NCBI GenBank assembly: GCA_045627525.1
Contig: JAZQNW010000011.1
Coordinates: forward strand, 4,549-68,548
From: Bacilli bacterium
GTDB lineage: Bacteria; Bacillota_I; Bacilli_A; RF39; UBA660
DNA length: 64,000 nt
Reading direction: 5' to 3'
Positions 1 to 9,755 of this stretch are shown piece by piece (within the stretch, counting starts at the first letter, position 1; every line of letters begins with the position of its first letter). The position numbers and the translations under genes are program-made. The notes beneath the pieces are model-generated. The model saw only the letters and a program-made list of their open reading frames with translations. It did not search any database and had not been told where the DNA came from.

Positions 1-2
1 CA

Positions 3-299
3 GCTATTTTTGTCTCTAATAATTCTTATAGTGATATGATAGATTATGCTAAGGATTTTATAATTAATGGTAAAGTTATTGATACTGAAGTTAATTCATT
101 TTATATTAATGGTTATCAAAGTTTTGTTATTAATAAGAATCTTTATTATATAGATAATAATGATAATACTAATTTTTATATAATACTTGTTAATCTTAAT
201 GATAGTGTTTTGGTATATTCTTTTGAAGTTCCTAATAGAAATCATAATAGAGTATATAAAAATGTGTTAAAAGGGTTAAAAAAAATAAAGAAAAACTAG
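3..299 (+). CDS. 3' part of a hypothetical protein (frame stays open to the window edge upstream of ATG 36)
   Basis: No stop in frame from position 3 to TAG at 297-299; followed by hairpin aaaaactag/ctagttttt. Confidence 0.55.
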   Translation, partial: AIFVSNNSYSDMIDYAKDFIINGKVIDTEVNSFYINGYQSFVINKNLYYIDNNDNTNFYIILVNLNDSVLVYSFEVPNRNHNRVYKNVLKGLKKIKKN

Positions 300-317
300 A
301 AAAACTAGTTTTTTTGA

Positions 318-346
318 TTGCAAAAAATTAGATAATATGATATAAT
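318..346 (+). promoter_or_regulatory. Sigma-A promoter, extended -10
   Basis: TTGCAA(318-323)-17 nt-TATAAT(341-346) with TG at 338-339. Confidence 0.7.
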
Positions 347-379
347 TTGCATTGCCCGTAAAAAAGGGAGGTGCTTTTT

Positions 380-826
380 ATGTTTGGTTCTAATGTAATT
401 AAAGGAACTAGTTTTAACAAGTTAGATAGTAAATGTAGAATATTATTACCTAAGTTTACATATGCTGAAACAGGTGATAGTGTTGTACTTTGTCATGATG
501 AAAAAAATAGATTTATAGATGTTTTTTCTTCTGAATATTATGAAAGTAAATTAGAAAAATATACTTCTATTGCTGATAAGACTTTAATTGCTGATAATGC
601 TGAAAGAGTTTTGAAAATTAGAAATAAGATGCTTTCTGATTTTCAAAAAAAATCATCAGTAGATAAAAGACGCAGAATTAATATTGGATCACGTTTAGTT
701 GAAATGTTTGTTGAAGGAGAAACAGCTGTTATAGTTGGTATGACAAATCGTGTTAGAATTTTTGCAACAGAAAATGATTATAATCAATATATAAAAAAAT
801 TAATAAGAGAGGAAGATATTAAATGA
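380..826 (+). CDS. Divergent MraZ-like (duplicated SpoVT/AbrB) transcriptional regulator
   Basis: Two repeats KLDSKCRILLP and SVDKRRRINIG resembling MraZ DxxGR repeats; ~148 aa; RBS GGGAGG before ATG 380. Confidence 0.6.
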   Translation: MFGSNVIKGTSFNKLDSKCRILLPKFTYAETGDSVVLCHDEKNRFIDVFSSEYYESKLEKYTSIADKTLIADNAERVLKIRNKMLSDFQKKSSVDKRRRINIGSRLVEMFVEGETAVIVGMTNRVRIFATENDYNQYIKKLIREEDIK

Positions 827-1431
827 TAAAATATAATCAAGAAGAAATGGAAATGAACAATCCAGAATATGAATTAGTTATAAGTGAAGATAAATATAGT
901 AAATTTTATGGAGTTAAGGATAAAGATTTAGATGATCTTTCAAGAACTGCAAAAAAAATAGAAAAAGAATCATACGAGTGGGGCCCTGTTTTTAAATCTG
1001 AAATATTTGATTGGGCTAAGGATGATGATGAATTAGCAGAAGTTTTTGAATCTTATATTGAAAATGCCAAGGATATTTTAGGAGAAGATGCTCAATATGA
1101 TAGCATTATTTTAGAACCACAATTTGGTGTTTTTGTAGATCGTAATAATGATATTTTTAAATATATTTTAGCATTACGTATTCCAGATTTTAAATATAAA
1201 AATGGAGATTTTGAAAGTGGATCAATTAAATTTTCGGATGAAAAAAGAAGAGAAACATTTGTTACTAGCTATATAGATTTTAGAATAGGTGTAAGTATTG
1301 CTGAATCTAAGCTAGAAGGTTTGTATGATTTTGAAGATGTAGAAAAAAGTGCTTTATCAGATATACCTGTATGCAAAATAGTTAAAAGTAATCAACCTGT
1401 TAAAAATTATTGGAAAGTATCAGATAGATAA
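823..1431 (+). CDS. Hypothetical acidic protein, coupled to upstream gene
   Basis: 202 aa ORF, ATGA-type overlap, followed by terminator ataaaatgata-gaaa-tatcattttat-T-tract; no family recognised. Confidence 0.7.
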   Translation: MIKYNQEEMEMNNPEYELVISEDKYSKFYGVKDKDLDDLSRTAKKIEKESYEWGPVFKSEIFDWAKDDDELAEVFESYIENAKDILGEDAQYDSIILEPQFGVFVDRNNDIFKYILALRIPDFKYKNGDFESGSIKFSDEKRRETFVTSYIDFRIGVSIAESKLEGLYDFEDVEKSALSDIPVCKIVKSNQPVKNYWKVSDR

Positions 1432-1515
1432 AATGATAGAAATATCATTTTATTTTTTTGACAATTTTTAATAATAATTATTTTATTTATGTTATAATTA
1501 GTATGGAGTGATTAT

Positions 1516-2235
1516 ATGAAAATCAAGATAGATAATATTAATATCAATTACATACAATATGGTAAAGGCCCTGATGTATTATTGTTACATGGTTGGGGTC
1601 AAAATATTCAAATGATGAAACCTATAGGTGATGGTTTATGTAGTAATCATAGGATTACGATAATAGATTTTCCTGGTTTTGGTGAATCAGATGAATTACA
1701 AAGTCCTTGGGCAATATCAGATTATACTTTATTCTTAGAAAAATTAATTAATGAATTAAAAATAAAAAAACCTACTATTATGGGACATTCATTTGGTGGA
1801 AGAGTTGCGATTAGTTATTCTGCAGATCATCCTATTACTAAGCTTGTTTTATTTGGTAGTCCATGTATAAGAGTTACAAAAGATTTGCCTTTATATGTAA
1901 AGATTTTGAAAAAATTAAAAACTTTACCTGGTTTAGATAAATTTGGTGAATATATGAAAAAATATATAGGTTCACGTGATTATAAAGCTGCAAGTCCCGT
2001 AATGAGACAAACACTAGTTAATGTTGTTAATGAGGATTTGTCCTCTTGTGCTAGAAGGATTGAAGAGCCAACACTTTTAATATGGGGTGAAATGGATGAT
2101 GAAGCACCTTTATCTGAAGCAAAAGAATTAGAAAAAATTATGATTGATGCTGGGCTTATTATTTTACCAGGTACACATTATGCGTATTTGGAAAATTTAG
2201 GTCAAGTTATTAATATATTAAATAATTTTATTTAG
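1516..2235 (+). CDS. Alpha/beta fold hydrolase
   Basis: LLHGWG, DFPGFG, nucleophile GHSFGG, LIWGEMD, GTHY catalytic His. Confidence 0.9.
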   Translation: MKIKIDNININYIQYGKGPDVLLLHGWGQNIQMMKPIGDGLCSNHRITIIDFPGFGESDELQSPWAISDYTLFLEKLINELKIKKPTIMGHSFGGRVAISYSADHPITKLVLFGSPCIRVTKDLPLYVKILKKLKTLPGLDKFGEYMKKYIGSRDYKAASPVMRQTLVNVVNEDLSSCARRIEEPTLLIWGEMDDEAPLSEAKELEKIMIDAGLIILPGTHYAYLENLGQVINILNNFI

Positions 2236-2244
2236 GAGGATTTT

Positions 2245-3855
2245 ATGTTTGTAGCTTGTTTAGTAATTTTATCATTTATATATGTAGTTTTTTATAAATC
2301 TAAGAGATTTTTACATATGCTTCAACAAAATTTATATAATGAAAATAATAGATATATAAAATGGATAATTAAAAATAAGAGTGTTTTTGTTGATACTGAT
2401 TTGTTTATATTATTGGCTTCTTTAATTGGTTTTTTAGTGGCTTATAATATTAGTAAGGTAAGTATTTTTCTTAAAATAGTAATCATTATTTTGAATTTTT
2501 ATTTAGGTTACAAGTGGAAAAAGAGAATAGTTAATGATCAAAAAAAGAAACCATTAGTAGTTACTAAAAGAGTAAAAAGACTTATTTGTACAAATGTTAT
2601 TTTGTATTCATTACCTCTGGTTTTTGGAATGATTAATTATGAAAATAAATTTGTATGGCTAATGATATTAGTGCTTTCTATTATGTCTTATTTAAATATG
2701 ATAGTAGTATTTATTTGTAATATAATTAATTTTCCAATAGAAAGATTAGTATATTTACATTATAAACGAATGGCTCAAAGTAAACTTAAAAGTATGAGTA
2801 ATTTAAAAATTATTGGCATTACTGGTAGTTATGGTAAAACTAGTAGTAAAAATATTTTAAGTGAAATACTTAATATTAAATATAATTGTTTACCAACACC
2901 TAGAAATTTAAATACATATAATGGTTTAATTATGACTGTTAATAATAATTTAGATAAGTTTGATGATATTTTTATTGCTGAAATGGGAGCTTATGTTAAA
3001 GGGGAAATAAAAGGACTTTGTAATTTGGTTAAGCCTCATTATGGTATTTTAACTAAGATAGGTACAGCTCATTTAGAAAGTTTTGGTAGTGAAGAAAATA
3101 TTATTGAAGGAAAATTTGAACTTATTGAATCTTTACCTAAGGATGGATTTGGTATTTTAAATGGTGATGATCCAAAACAAGTTAATTATAAATTAAAAAA
3201 TAAGGTAAAAATTATTTGGGTTGGTATAGATAATAAAGATGTTGATGTTAGGGCTTCTAATATTAAATGCTCTTCTAAAGGAACAACTTTTGATGTTACT
3301 TTTAAGGGTGATAATAAAAAATATAAGTTTGAAACTAAATTGTTAGGTAAACATAATGTATATAATATTCTTGCTGGATTAGCATGTGGACAACAATTTG
3401 GTATTACACCTGATGAATTAATATCAGCAGTGAGCATGATAAAACCTGTTGAACATAGGTTGGAATTAAAGAAGCTAGGTAATTTTTATCAAATAGATGA
3501 TGCCTATAATTCAAATCCTGATGGGGCCCAAAGAGCTGTTGAAGTTCTTAATATGATGGATGGAATTAAAGTTGTTGTTACTCCAGGTATGATAGAATTA
3601 GGAGATAAAGAGGAATATTACAATAAAATATTTGGTGAACAAATATCAGAAGTTGCTGATTATGCTGTTTTGATTGGCAAGAATAGAACAAAGCCAATAT
3701 ATGATGGATTATTAGAAAAGGGATTTGACAAAGATAAAATTATAGTATTTAATGATGTTAGAGAGTCATTTAAATTTATAAATGGATTATGTGATGGAAA
3801 GAAAAATGTATTTGCGTTATTTGAAAATGATTTACCAGATACATATAATGAATAG
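2245..3855 (+). CDS. murF: MurF-family Mur ligase with N-terminal transmembrane region
   Basis: GITGSYGKTS P-loop, AEMGA, NGDD, EHRLE, DDAYNSNP motifs; ~150 aa hydrophobic N-terminus. Confidence 0.85.
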   Translation: MFVACLVILSFIYVVFYKSKRFLHMLQQNLYNENNRYIKWIIKNKSVFVDTDLFILLASLIGFLVAYNISKVSIFLKIVIIILNFYLGYKWKKRIVNDQKKKPLVVTKRVKRLICTNVILYSLPLVFGMINYENKFVWLMILVLSIMSYLNMIVVFICNIINFPIERLVYLHYKRMAQSKLKSMSNLKIIGITGSYGKTSSKNILSEILNIKYNCLPTPRNLNTYNGLIMTVNNNLDKFDDIFIAEMGAYVKGEIKGLCNLVKPHYGILTKIGTAHLESFGSEENIIEGKFELIESLPKDGFGILNGDDPKQVNYKLKNKVKIIWVGIDNKDVDVRASNIKCSSKGTTFDVTFKGDNKKYKFETKLLGKHNVYNILAGLACGQQFGITPDELISAVSMIKPVEHRLELKKLGNFYQIDDAYNSNPDGAQRAVEVLNMMDGIKVVVTPGMIELGDKEEYYNKIFGEQISEVADYAVLIGKNRTKPIYDGLLEKGFDKDKIIVFNDVRESFKFINGLCDGKKNVFALFENDLPDTYNE

Positions 3856-3867
3856 GAGGATAATTTT

Positions 3868-5082
3868 ATGAAGATTAAAGTAGGTGTAGTTTTTGGTGGT
3901 GAAACAGTTGAACATGAAGTAAGTATTATTTCAGCCATTCAAGCTATGAACAAAATGGATCAAGAAAAATATGAAATAGTTCCAATTTATATTACAAAGA
4001 ATAGAGAATGGTATACAGGAGATATGTTGAAAGATATTGATGTGTATCAAGATTTATCATTAATAAAAAAGTATGCTACTAATGTAGTGTTATATTATAA
4101 AAATGGTAGTTATGTATTACAAAAAAAGAGTTTCCCTAAAAGAGTAGTTAAGGAAATAGATATAGCTTTTCCAATTGTACATGGTACTAACGTTGAAGAT
4201 GGAGTTTTACAAGGTTATTTTCAAACAATTGGAATTCCATTTGTAGGTGGAAATGTTTATGCCTCAGTTGTAGGACAAGATAAGGCTTATATGAAAGATG
4301 TATGGGCAGAGAAAAATTTACCAATGACTAATTATGTATGGTTCTATGATGTTGATTATAAGAAAGATAAGGATGAAGTTCTTAAAGATGTTTCAAAATT
4401 AAAATATCCAGTTATTGTAAAACCAGCAACTACTGGATCTAGTGTTGGTATTAGTGTATGTGAAAATAAAGAAAAATTGATAGAAGGTATAGATGAAGCA
4501 ATTCAATATGACACTAAGATTGTTGTAGAGGAAGTAGTTAAAAACTTAAAAGAAGTTAATATTGCTGTTATGGGAAATTATGAACATCAAAAGGTTAGTG
4601 AAATTGAAGAGGTTTTATCTGGCAATAAATTCTTAACATATGCTGATAAATATATCGGTGGTGGAAAAGCAAAAGGTGCAAAGGTACCAGTTAAAGGTTC
4701 AAAAGGTATGGCATCTACTAATCGTAAATTACCTGCTGATTTAAGTGATAAAATGCGTAAAGAGGTTGAAGAAGTTGCTATAAAGGCATTCAAAGCTTTA
4801 GGTTCTGCTGGTAATTGTCGTATTGATTTTCTAATTGATGAGAAAGCTAAGAAAGTTTATATTAATGAAATAAATTCTATTCCAGGAAGTTTAGCTTTCT
4901 ATTTATGGGATGCTAAGGGAATTGACTTTACTAGTATGTTAGATGAAATGATTAATATTGGAATTAAGGACTATAAGAAAAGAGTTAGTAAAACTCATTC
5001 ATTTGATTCAAATATTTTAAAAGGTTTTGCTGCTAATGGTGGAGTTAAAGGAATGAAAGGTGCTAAAGGAAAACTAAGATAG
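3868..5082 (+). CDS. ddl: D-alanine--D-alanine ligase family ATP-grasp protein
   Basis: VFGGETVEHEVSIISA, HGTNVEDG, VKPATTGSSVG, RIDFL, NEINSIPG motifs. Confidence 0.88.
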   Translation: MKIKVGVVFGGETVEHEVSIISAIQAMNKMDQEKYEIVPIYITKNREWYTGDMLKDIDVYQDLSLIKKYATNVVLYYKNGSYVLQKKSFPKRVVKEIDIAFPIVHGTNVEDGVLQGYFQTIGIPFVGGNVYASVVGQDKAYMKDVWAEKNLPMTNYVWFYDVDYKKDKDEVLKDVSKLKYPVIVKPATTGSSVGISVCENKEKLIEGIDEAIQYDTKIVVEEVVKNLKEVNIAVMGNYEHQKVSEIEEVLSGNKFLTYADKYIGGGKAKGAKVPVKGSKGMASTNRKLPADLSDKMRKEVEEVAIKAFKALGSAGNCRIDFLIDEKAKKVYINEINSIPGSLAFYLWDAKGIDFTSMLDEMINIGIKDYKKRVSKTHSFDSNILKGFAANGGVKGMKGAKGKLR

Positions 5083-5125
5083 TTTTCCTTTTTTTGTGTA
5101 TATAAAAAGCTTCTTTTGAAGCTTT

Positions 5126-5836
5126 TTATAATTCTTCTGTATCATCTAATTCTTCATTTGTTTTCTTATATTCATAGCGTCGTATTTTGAATTCATCAAC
5201 AATAGTATTTACAAATTTATTTATTTTCTTTTCTGCTGCTTTTTTGATTATAATATCAAATTCTATTACATCATCATCAACTATATAGTTTGTTATTTCA
5301 ATGTTATTATCTTCTTCAGCATATTCATTTATTCTTTTTGTTATTTTATCTATTTCTCTTGCATTTAGTACAATATTAAATGTTTCAATTGTTGAATTTG
5401 ATACTGCTTTATTATTTACAAAGTGATTAACATATCGTAGAACAATATTAGCAAATAATACAAATAATGTTGCAATAATTGCTTCACCAATAAAACCACC
5501 TGCACATAATACACCTATAGCAGCATCACACCACATGGTTGCTGCGGTAGTTAATCCTTTTATTTTATTTTTATTATCTTTTATTATTACGCCGGCTCCA
5601 AAAAAACCGATTCCAGCAACTACTTGTGATGCAATTCTTGTTATGTCAAATCCTTCATAACCATAATTTTTTAATAGAAATGCGAAGCTAACAAACATGA
5701 ATGAACCCATTGATATTAAAATCATTGTTCTAAGTCCTAATGCTCTTCTGCGATATTGCCTTTCAATTCCCAGTATAAAGCTAAGTAAAAAACAAAATAA
5801 TAAATTTATTAAAAATCCACTATAACTAATTTCCAT
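5126..5836 (-). CDS. MgtC/SapB family membrane protein
   Basis: LGIERQ, GLRTM, RIASQVVAGIGFFGAG, GLTTAATMW, AAIG motifs. Confidence 0.92.
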   Translation of the reverse strand: MEISYSGFLINLLFCFLLSFILGIERQYRRRALGLRTMILISMGSFMFVSFAFLLKNYGYEGFDITRIASQVVAGIGFFGAGVIIKDNKNKIKGLTTAATMWCDAAIGVLCAGGFIGEAIIATLFVLFANIVLRYVNHFVNNKAVSNSTIETFNIVLNAREIDKITKRINEYAEEDNNIEITNYIVDDDVIEFDIIIKKAAEKKINKFVNTIVDEFKIRRYEYKKTNEELDDTEEL

Positions 5837-5956
5837 TTTATCCTCCTACTATATGATATTATATTATCATTTTTTTTTTACAATAACAAGATGTTATATT
5901 GAAATAAATATATTACCATGCTATTATATTTTTAATTTATTTTATTGGGGGATTAT

Positions 5957-6598
5957 ATGAGAATAGTAAAAAATTGTAGTATATATGATTTAAAAAATGA
6001 AGAAATAGGGAAGATACATCAAATAGCTTCTTGTGGTTATCCTAAGAAGATTTATAATGATTATTATTCTTCTTTAAATAGTCCAAGAGATTTTGAAGAT
6101 TTATTTAATAGTGATCATTTACTTGATTTATTTGTTACTCTGGGTGAAGATTGGTTTTTATTCTATGCTACTTCTGAGAGTGTTCCGGGAGTTATATTAA
6201 TTGATGACTGGGTTTCTACTTGTTCTAAGGAAGATATGCCATTACGTATTAAGGAAATGCTAGTGGCTTTTAAAGAATTACTTTTTAATAATAGAGATAG
6301 TTATATTTTGGCTAATTTAAGACACAATACGACTTTTAAATTATATACTAAAATGTTAGAAAAAGGTTATATTGAGCAAAATCCTCCATTTTTAAATATG
6401 GTTGATGTTCCTGATGATGCTATGGATGTAATTTGTACTAATGCAGAAAGATATCCTGGAATAGAAGATTATTTAGATTCTAAAGAATCATTTTTTGATC
6501 CAGCTACTAATTATGTTTTACATAGTGTTGATTTTAAATTTACAGATAATTTTTTTGAAAAGTTTGAGAAACATTATCAAAAAGAAATAAAAAAATAA
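5957..6598 (+). CDS. Hypothetical protein
   Basis: Long ORF with GGGGGA RBS, followed by hairpin aaaagcaac/gttgctttt; no family recognised. Confidence 0.7.
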   Translation: MRIVKNCSIYDLKNEEIGKIHQIASCGYPKKIYNDYYSSLNSPRDFEDLFNSDHLLDLFVTLGEDWFLFYATSESVPGVILIDDWVSTCSKEDMPLRIKEMLVAFKELLFNNRDSYILANLRHNTTFKLYTKMLEKGYIEQNPPFLNMVDVPDDAMDVICTNAERYPGIEDYLDSKESFFDPATNYVLHSVDFKFTDNFFEKFEKHYQKEIKK

Positions 6599-6629
6599 AA
6601 AGCAACATAAGTTGCTTTTGTTTTAATAT

Positions 6630-6705
6630 TGGTGGGCTGTTAGGGATTCGAACCCTAGACCCACTGATTAAGAGTCAGTTGCTCTACCAACTGAGCTAAC
6701 AGCCC
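6630..6705 (-). tRNA. tRNA-Lys(CTT)
   Basis: Reverse complement gives GGGCTGT acceptor, anticodon arm CTGAC-TCTTAA, TTCGAAT T-loop and encoded CCA. Confidence 0.95.
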
Positions 6706-6972
6706 GTAAAATTAATTTACTCGTTTAGTATAGCACAAAAAGTATTAAAAATAAATAGAAAATTTTAGTTTTTTAAATTTTTATATATATAAAGTTGAAA
6801 TAATAATAATTTTTTTAATAAAAGAAGGGTAAAATAATAAAAAACACTTGACTTTAATCCTTTTTTTATAGTATTCTATTATTGCAATTTGTGATATTTG
6901 TATTAAAAATGTAATTTTGGTATTGCAAATGCATAAGTTTTATTGTAAACTAGAGTAGTATTATGAATTTTT

Positions 6973-7049
<77 letters not shown>

Positions 7050-7054
7050 TATTT

Positions 7055-7131
7055 GCCTCAATAGCTCAGTTGGTTAGAGCACTTGACTGTTAATCAAGGG
7101 GTCCTAGGTTCAAGTCCTAGTTGGGGCGCCA
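7055..7131 (+). tRNA. tRNA-Asn(GTT)
   Basis: Anticodon arm cttga-ctGTTaa-tcaag, CCA end. Confidence 0.96.
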
Positions 7132-7140
7132 TTTTTATTT

Positions 7141-7217
7141 GGCGAGTTGGTGAAGTGGCTTAACACACTGCCCTTTCACGGCAGCATTCACGGATTCGAA
7201 TTCCGTACTCGTCACCA
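7141..7217 (+). tRNA. tRNA-Glu(TTC)
   Basis: Anticodon arm ctgcc-ctTTCac-ggcag, CCA end; followed by terminator aactcc-gtag-ggagtt-T-tract. Confidence 0.95.
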
Positions 7218-7291
7218 TTTGTTTATTAACTCCGTAGGGAGTTTTTTGTTTTGTTTTTTATGTAGCAGAGAAGTCTTTTTTTTATTAATAG

Positions 7292-7320
7292 TTGACATAT
7301 TTATATAAATAATGTAATAT
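7292..7320 (+). promoter_or_regulatory. Sigma-A promoter of tRNA-Ser
   Basis: TTGACA(7292-7297)-17 nt-TAATAT(7315-7320). Confidence 0.7.
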
Positions 7321-7347
7321 TGTATATGCGGACGCAATGTGAGTCAT

Positions 7348-7438
7348 GGAGTAGTACTCAAGAGGCTGAAGAGGCGCCCCTGCTAAGGGTGTAGGTCGGG
7401 CAACTGGCGCGAGAGTTCAAATCTCTCCTACTCCGCCA
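7348..7438 (+). tRNA. tRNA-Ser(GCT)
   Basis: Anticodon arm cgccc-ctGCTaa-gggtg, long variable arm, CCA end. Confidence 0.95.
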
Positions 7439-7514
7439 TTATAAAATTAACCTTGATTATCAAGGTTTTTTTGTGCATAAAATATGTTATAATAAATGTG
7501 TGAGTGTGATATTG

Positions 7515-8129
7515 ATGAAAAGGAAAAATAAAATCATTATAATTTTGATGTTAATTATCTTTTTTATAATGTTTGGCTTGGTTTTTTTTGACAAAAATAG
7601 AGTATTTGATGAAGGCATTTATAATTTTATTATTAACTTTAGATGTGCTTTTTTAGATAATTTTTTTAAAACCATTACTAAATTAGGAAATACTAGCTCT
7701 ATTTTAGTAGTCGTTATTGTTATATCTTTATTTTTTCATAATAAAAATAGTTTATTATTAATTATATCAGCGTTTGATTCAGCTCTTGTTAATTTTATAT
7801 TAAAACGTGTTATAAAAAGACCACGTCCAGCGCATTTAAGATTAATTTCTCAGGGAGGATATTCATTTCCAAGCGGACATGCAATGTTATCTATCTGTGT
7901 TTATGGATTTTTGTTGTATTTATCTTTTAAAATAAAAAATAAATATTTAAGATATTTGTTAATTTTTATTTTTAGTTTTATAATATTAGCAATTGGTATA
8001 AGTCGTATTTATGTAGGGGTACATTATCCAACTGATGTTATTGCGGGTTATGCACTAGCTATAATAGAAATAGTTTTTATAGATGAAGTTATTAGATTAT
8101 GGGGGAATGAAAAATGTATAATGCAGTAG
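7515..8129 (+). CDS. PAP2 family membrane phosphatase (undecaprenyl-pyrophosphate phosphatase-like)
   Basis: KRVIKRPRP, SFPSGH, SRIYVGVHYPTDV catalytic motifs; multiple TM segments. Confidence 0.92.
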   Translation: MKRKNKIIIILMLIIFFIMFGLVFFDKNRVFDEGIYNFIINFRCAFLDNFFKTITKLGNTSSILVVVIVISLFFHNKNSLLLIISAFDSALVNFILKRVIKRPRPAHLRLISQGGYSFPSGHAMLSICVYGFLLYLSFKIKNKYLRYLLIFIFSFIILAIGISRIYVGVHYPTDVIAGYALAIIEIVFIDEVIRLWGNEKCIMQ

Positions 8130-8842
8130 TTAGTTCTTTTGATGGTACACTAGTTGATAATTATGGTTCAATTGATGTATCAACAATATTGGAGATTGAT
8201 AGAATCAGAAGAAAAAAAATATTATTTATCATAGCAACAGGCAGAGATTTAAATTATGTATTAGAATATAATAGAGATTTTCCGTTTATAGATTATATTA
8301 TTTCTTTAAATGGTGCTTATGTATATAATGTTAATAAAAGAAAGGTTATATATAAAAAGAAAATAAGTATTACAGTAATAAGAAAGTTATTTAAAAAATT
8401 TAATAGTAATGTTATTTATGGATATGATGAATATAGTAAGTTTAGAATTTTAAATTTAGATAATTTAGATAATATTTATAAAATAGATATTATGAGTGAT
8501 AGGGATAATATAGATAATTTAATTGATGAAATTAGTAATTTAAATTTGAATATAACTTTTAATAAGCAATTTAGAGATGGCGATTATTTTGTTGAAATAA
8601 CTATGTTAGATACTAATAAATATACGGGATTATTAAAAATATGTAATAAAGAAAAAATAGATTCTAAAGAAGTAATTGCGATTGGTGATTATTATAATGA
8701 TATAGATCTTGTAAATAATGTTGGTTTGGGTGCTGCTGTAGAAAATGCAATTTCTGAAGTAAAAAAGAAAAAAATGAAAACAAGTTCTAATGAAGAAAAA
8801 GGTGTCGAATTATTATTAAAGAAAGTTTTTAAAGATAATTAA
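8114..8842 (+). CDS. Cof-type HAD-IIB hydrolase homologue with altered motif I
   Basis: SFDGTL (motif I, Asp to Ser), ATGR, LNGAYV, NK, IGDYYND motifs. Confidence 0.8.
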   Translation: MYNAVVSSFDGTLVDNYGSIDVSTILEIDRIRRKKILFIIATGRDLNYVLEYNRDFPFIDYIISLNGAYVYNVNKRKVIYKKKISITVIRKLFKKFNSNVIYGYDEYSKFRILNLDNLDNIYKIDIMSDRDNIDNLIDEISNLNLNITFNKQFRDGDYFVEITMLDTNKYTGLLKICNKEKIDSKEVIAIGDYYNDIDLVNNVGLGAAVENAISEVKKKKMKTSSNEEKGVELLLKKVFKDN

Positions 8843-8896
8843 TATCTTTTCTTTTTTTTAGTTAAGTTTTATAATATTAGTGGAAAGAGAGGTAGT

Positions 8897-9742
8897 ATGA
8901 AATTAAAAGTTAAACAAGATGGATATTTATTAGATTATTTATATAATAATTTAGATATGCCAAAAAAGAGAATAAAACAATATTTAACACATGGTTCAAT
9001 ATATGTTAACAATGTTAAGGTTACTAAGTATGATTATCGAGTGGTTACGGGAATGCTAATTGTTATTGATACTGATAATAAAAATAAAAAAGTATTACCT
9101 TTCGATATATTATTTGAAGATGATCAAATTATAGTAGTTAATAAACCTAGTGGATTGCTAACTATTTCAACAAATAAGGAAAAGGAAAAAACACTTTATC
9201 ACATTGTTTCCGATTATTTAAAAAGTACTAATAAATATGCTAAGGTGTTTATTGTTCATAGATTGGATAAAGATACTAGCGGAATTGTTATATTAGCAAA
9301 AAATGAGAAAATTAAGAATCAACTACAGGAAAATTGGAATGAATATGTTAGATTACGAGAATATGTTGCTATATGTCATGGGAAGTTTAAAGAAAAGACA
9401 GGTCGAATAGTTCAAAAATTAGCAGAAACAAAAACAAATTTAGTTTATGTTAGCAAAAAGAATGATGGAAAAGAAGCAATTACAAATTATAAGGTTGTTA
9501 AGGAAAATGATAAATATTCAATGCTTTCTATTGAAATAGAAACAGGAAGAAAAAATCAAATTAGAGTAGCGATGTCTACTTTAAAAAATCCAATTGTTGG
9601 TGATGATAAATACGGTTTTAAAGATAAAGAAAGTAGATTATATTTACATGCTAATCGTTTAAAAATATATTATCCAGTAATAAAAAAGGATATTTTGTTT
9701 GAAACATCTATACCTCAAGAGTTGAAAAAGAAAATGAATTAA
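8897..9742 (+). CDS. RluA/RluD family pseudouridine synthase
   Basis: N-terminal S4-like domain, VNKPSGL, HRLDKDTSG, GRKNQIR, LHA motifs. Confidence 0.93.
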   Translation: MKLKVKQDGYLLDYLYNNLDMPKKRIKQYLTHGSIYVNNVKVTKYDYRVVTGMLIVIDTDNKNKKVLPFDILFEDDQIIVVNKPSGLLTISTNKEKEKTLYHIVSDYLKSTNKYAKVFIVHRLDKDTSGIVILAKNEKIKNQLQENWNEYVRLREYVAICHGKFKEKTGRIVQKLAETKTNLVYVSKKNDGKEAITNYKVVKENDKYSMLSIEIETGRKNQIRVAMSTLKNPIVGDDKYGFKDKESRLYLHANRLKIYYPVIKKDILFETSIPQELKKKMN

Positions 9743-9755
9743 TATGGGGAAAGAT

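Noticed and set aside
3186-3938. Minus-strand ORFs 3186-3437 and 3660-3938
   Set aside because: Antisense shadows of murF/ddl; no RBS or motifs.
4587-4793. Minus-strand 68-aa ORF
   Set aside because: Shadow of ddl.
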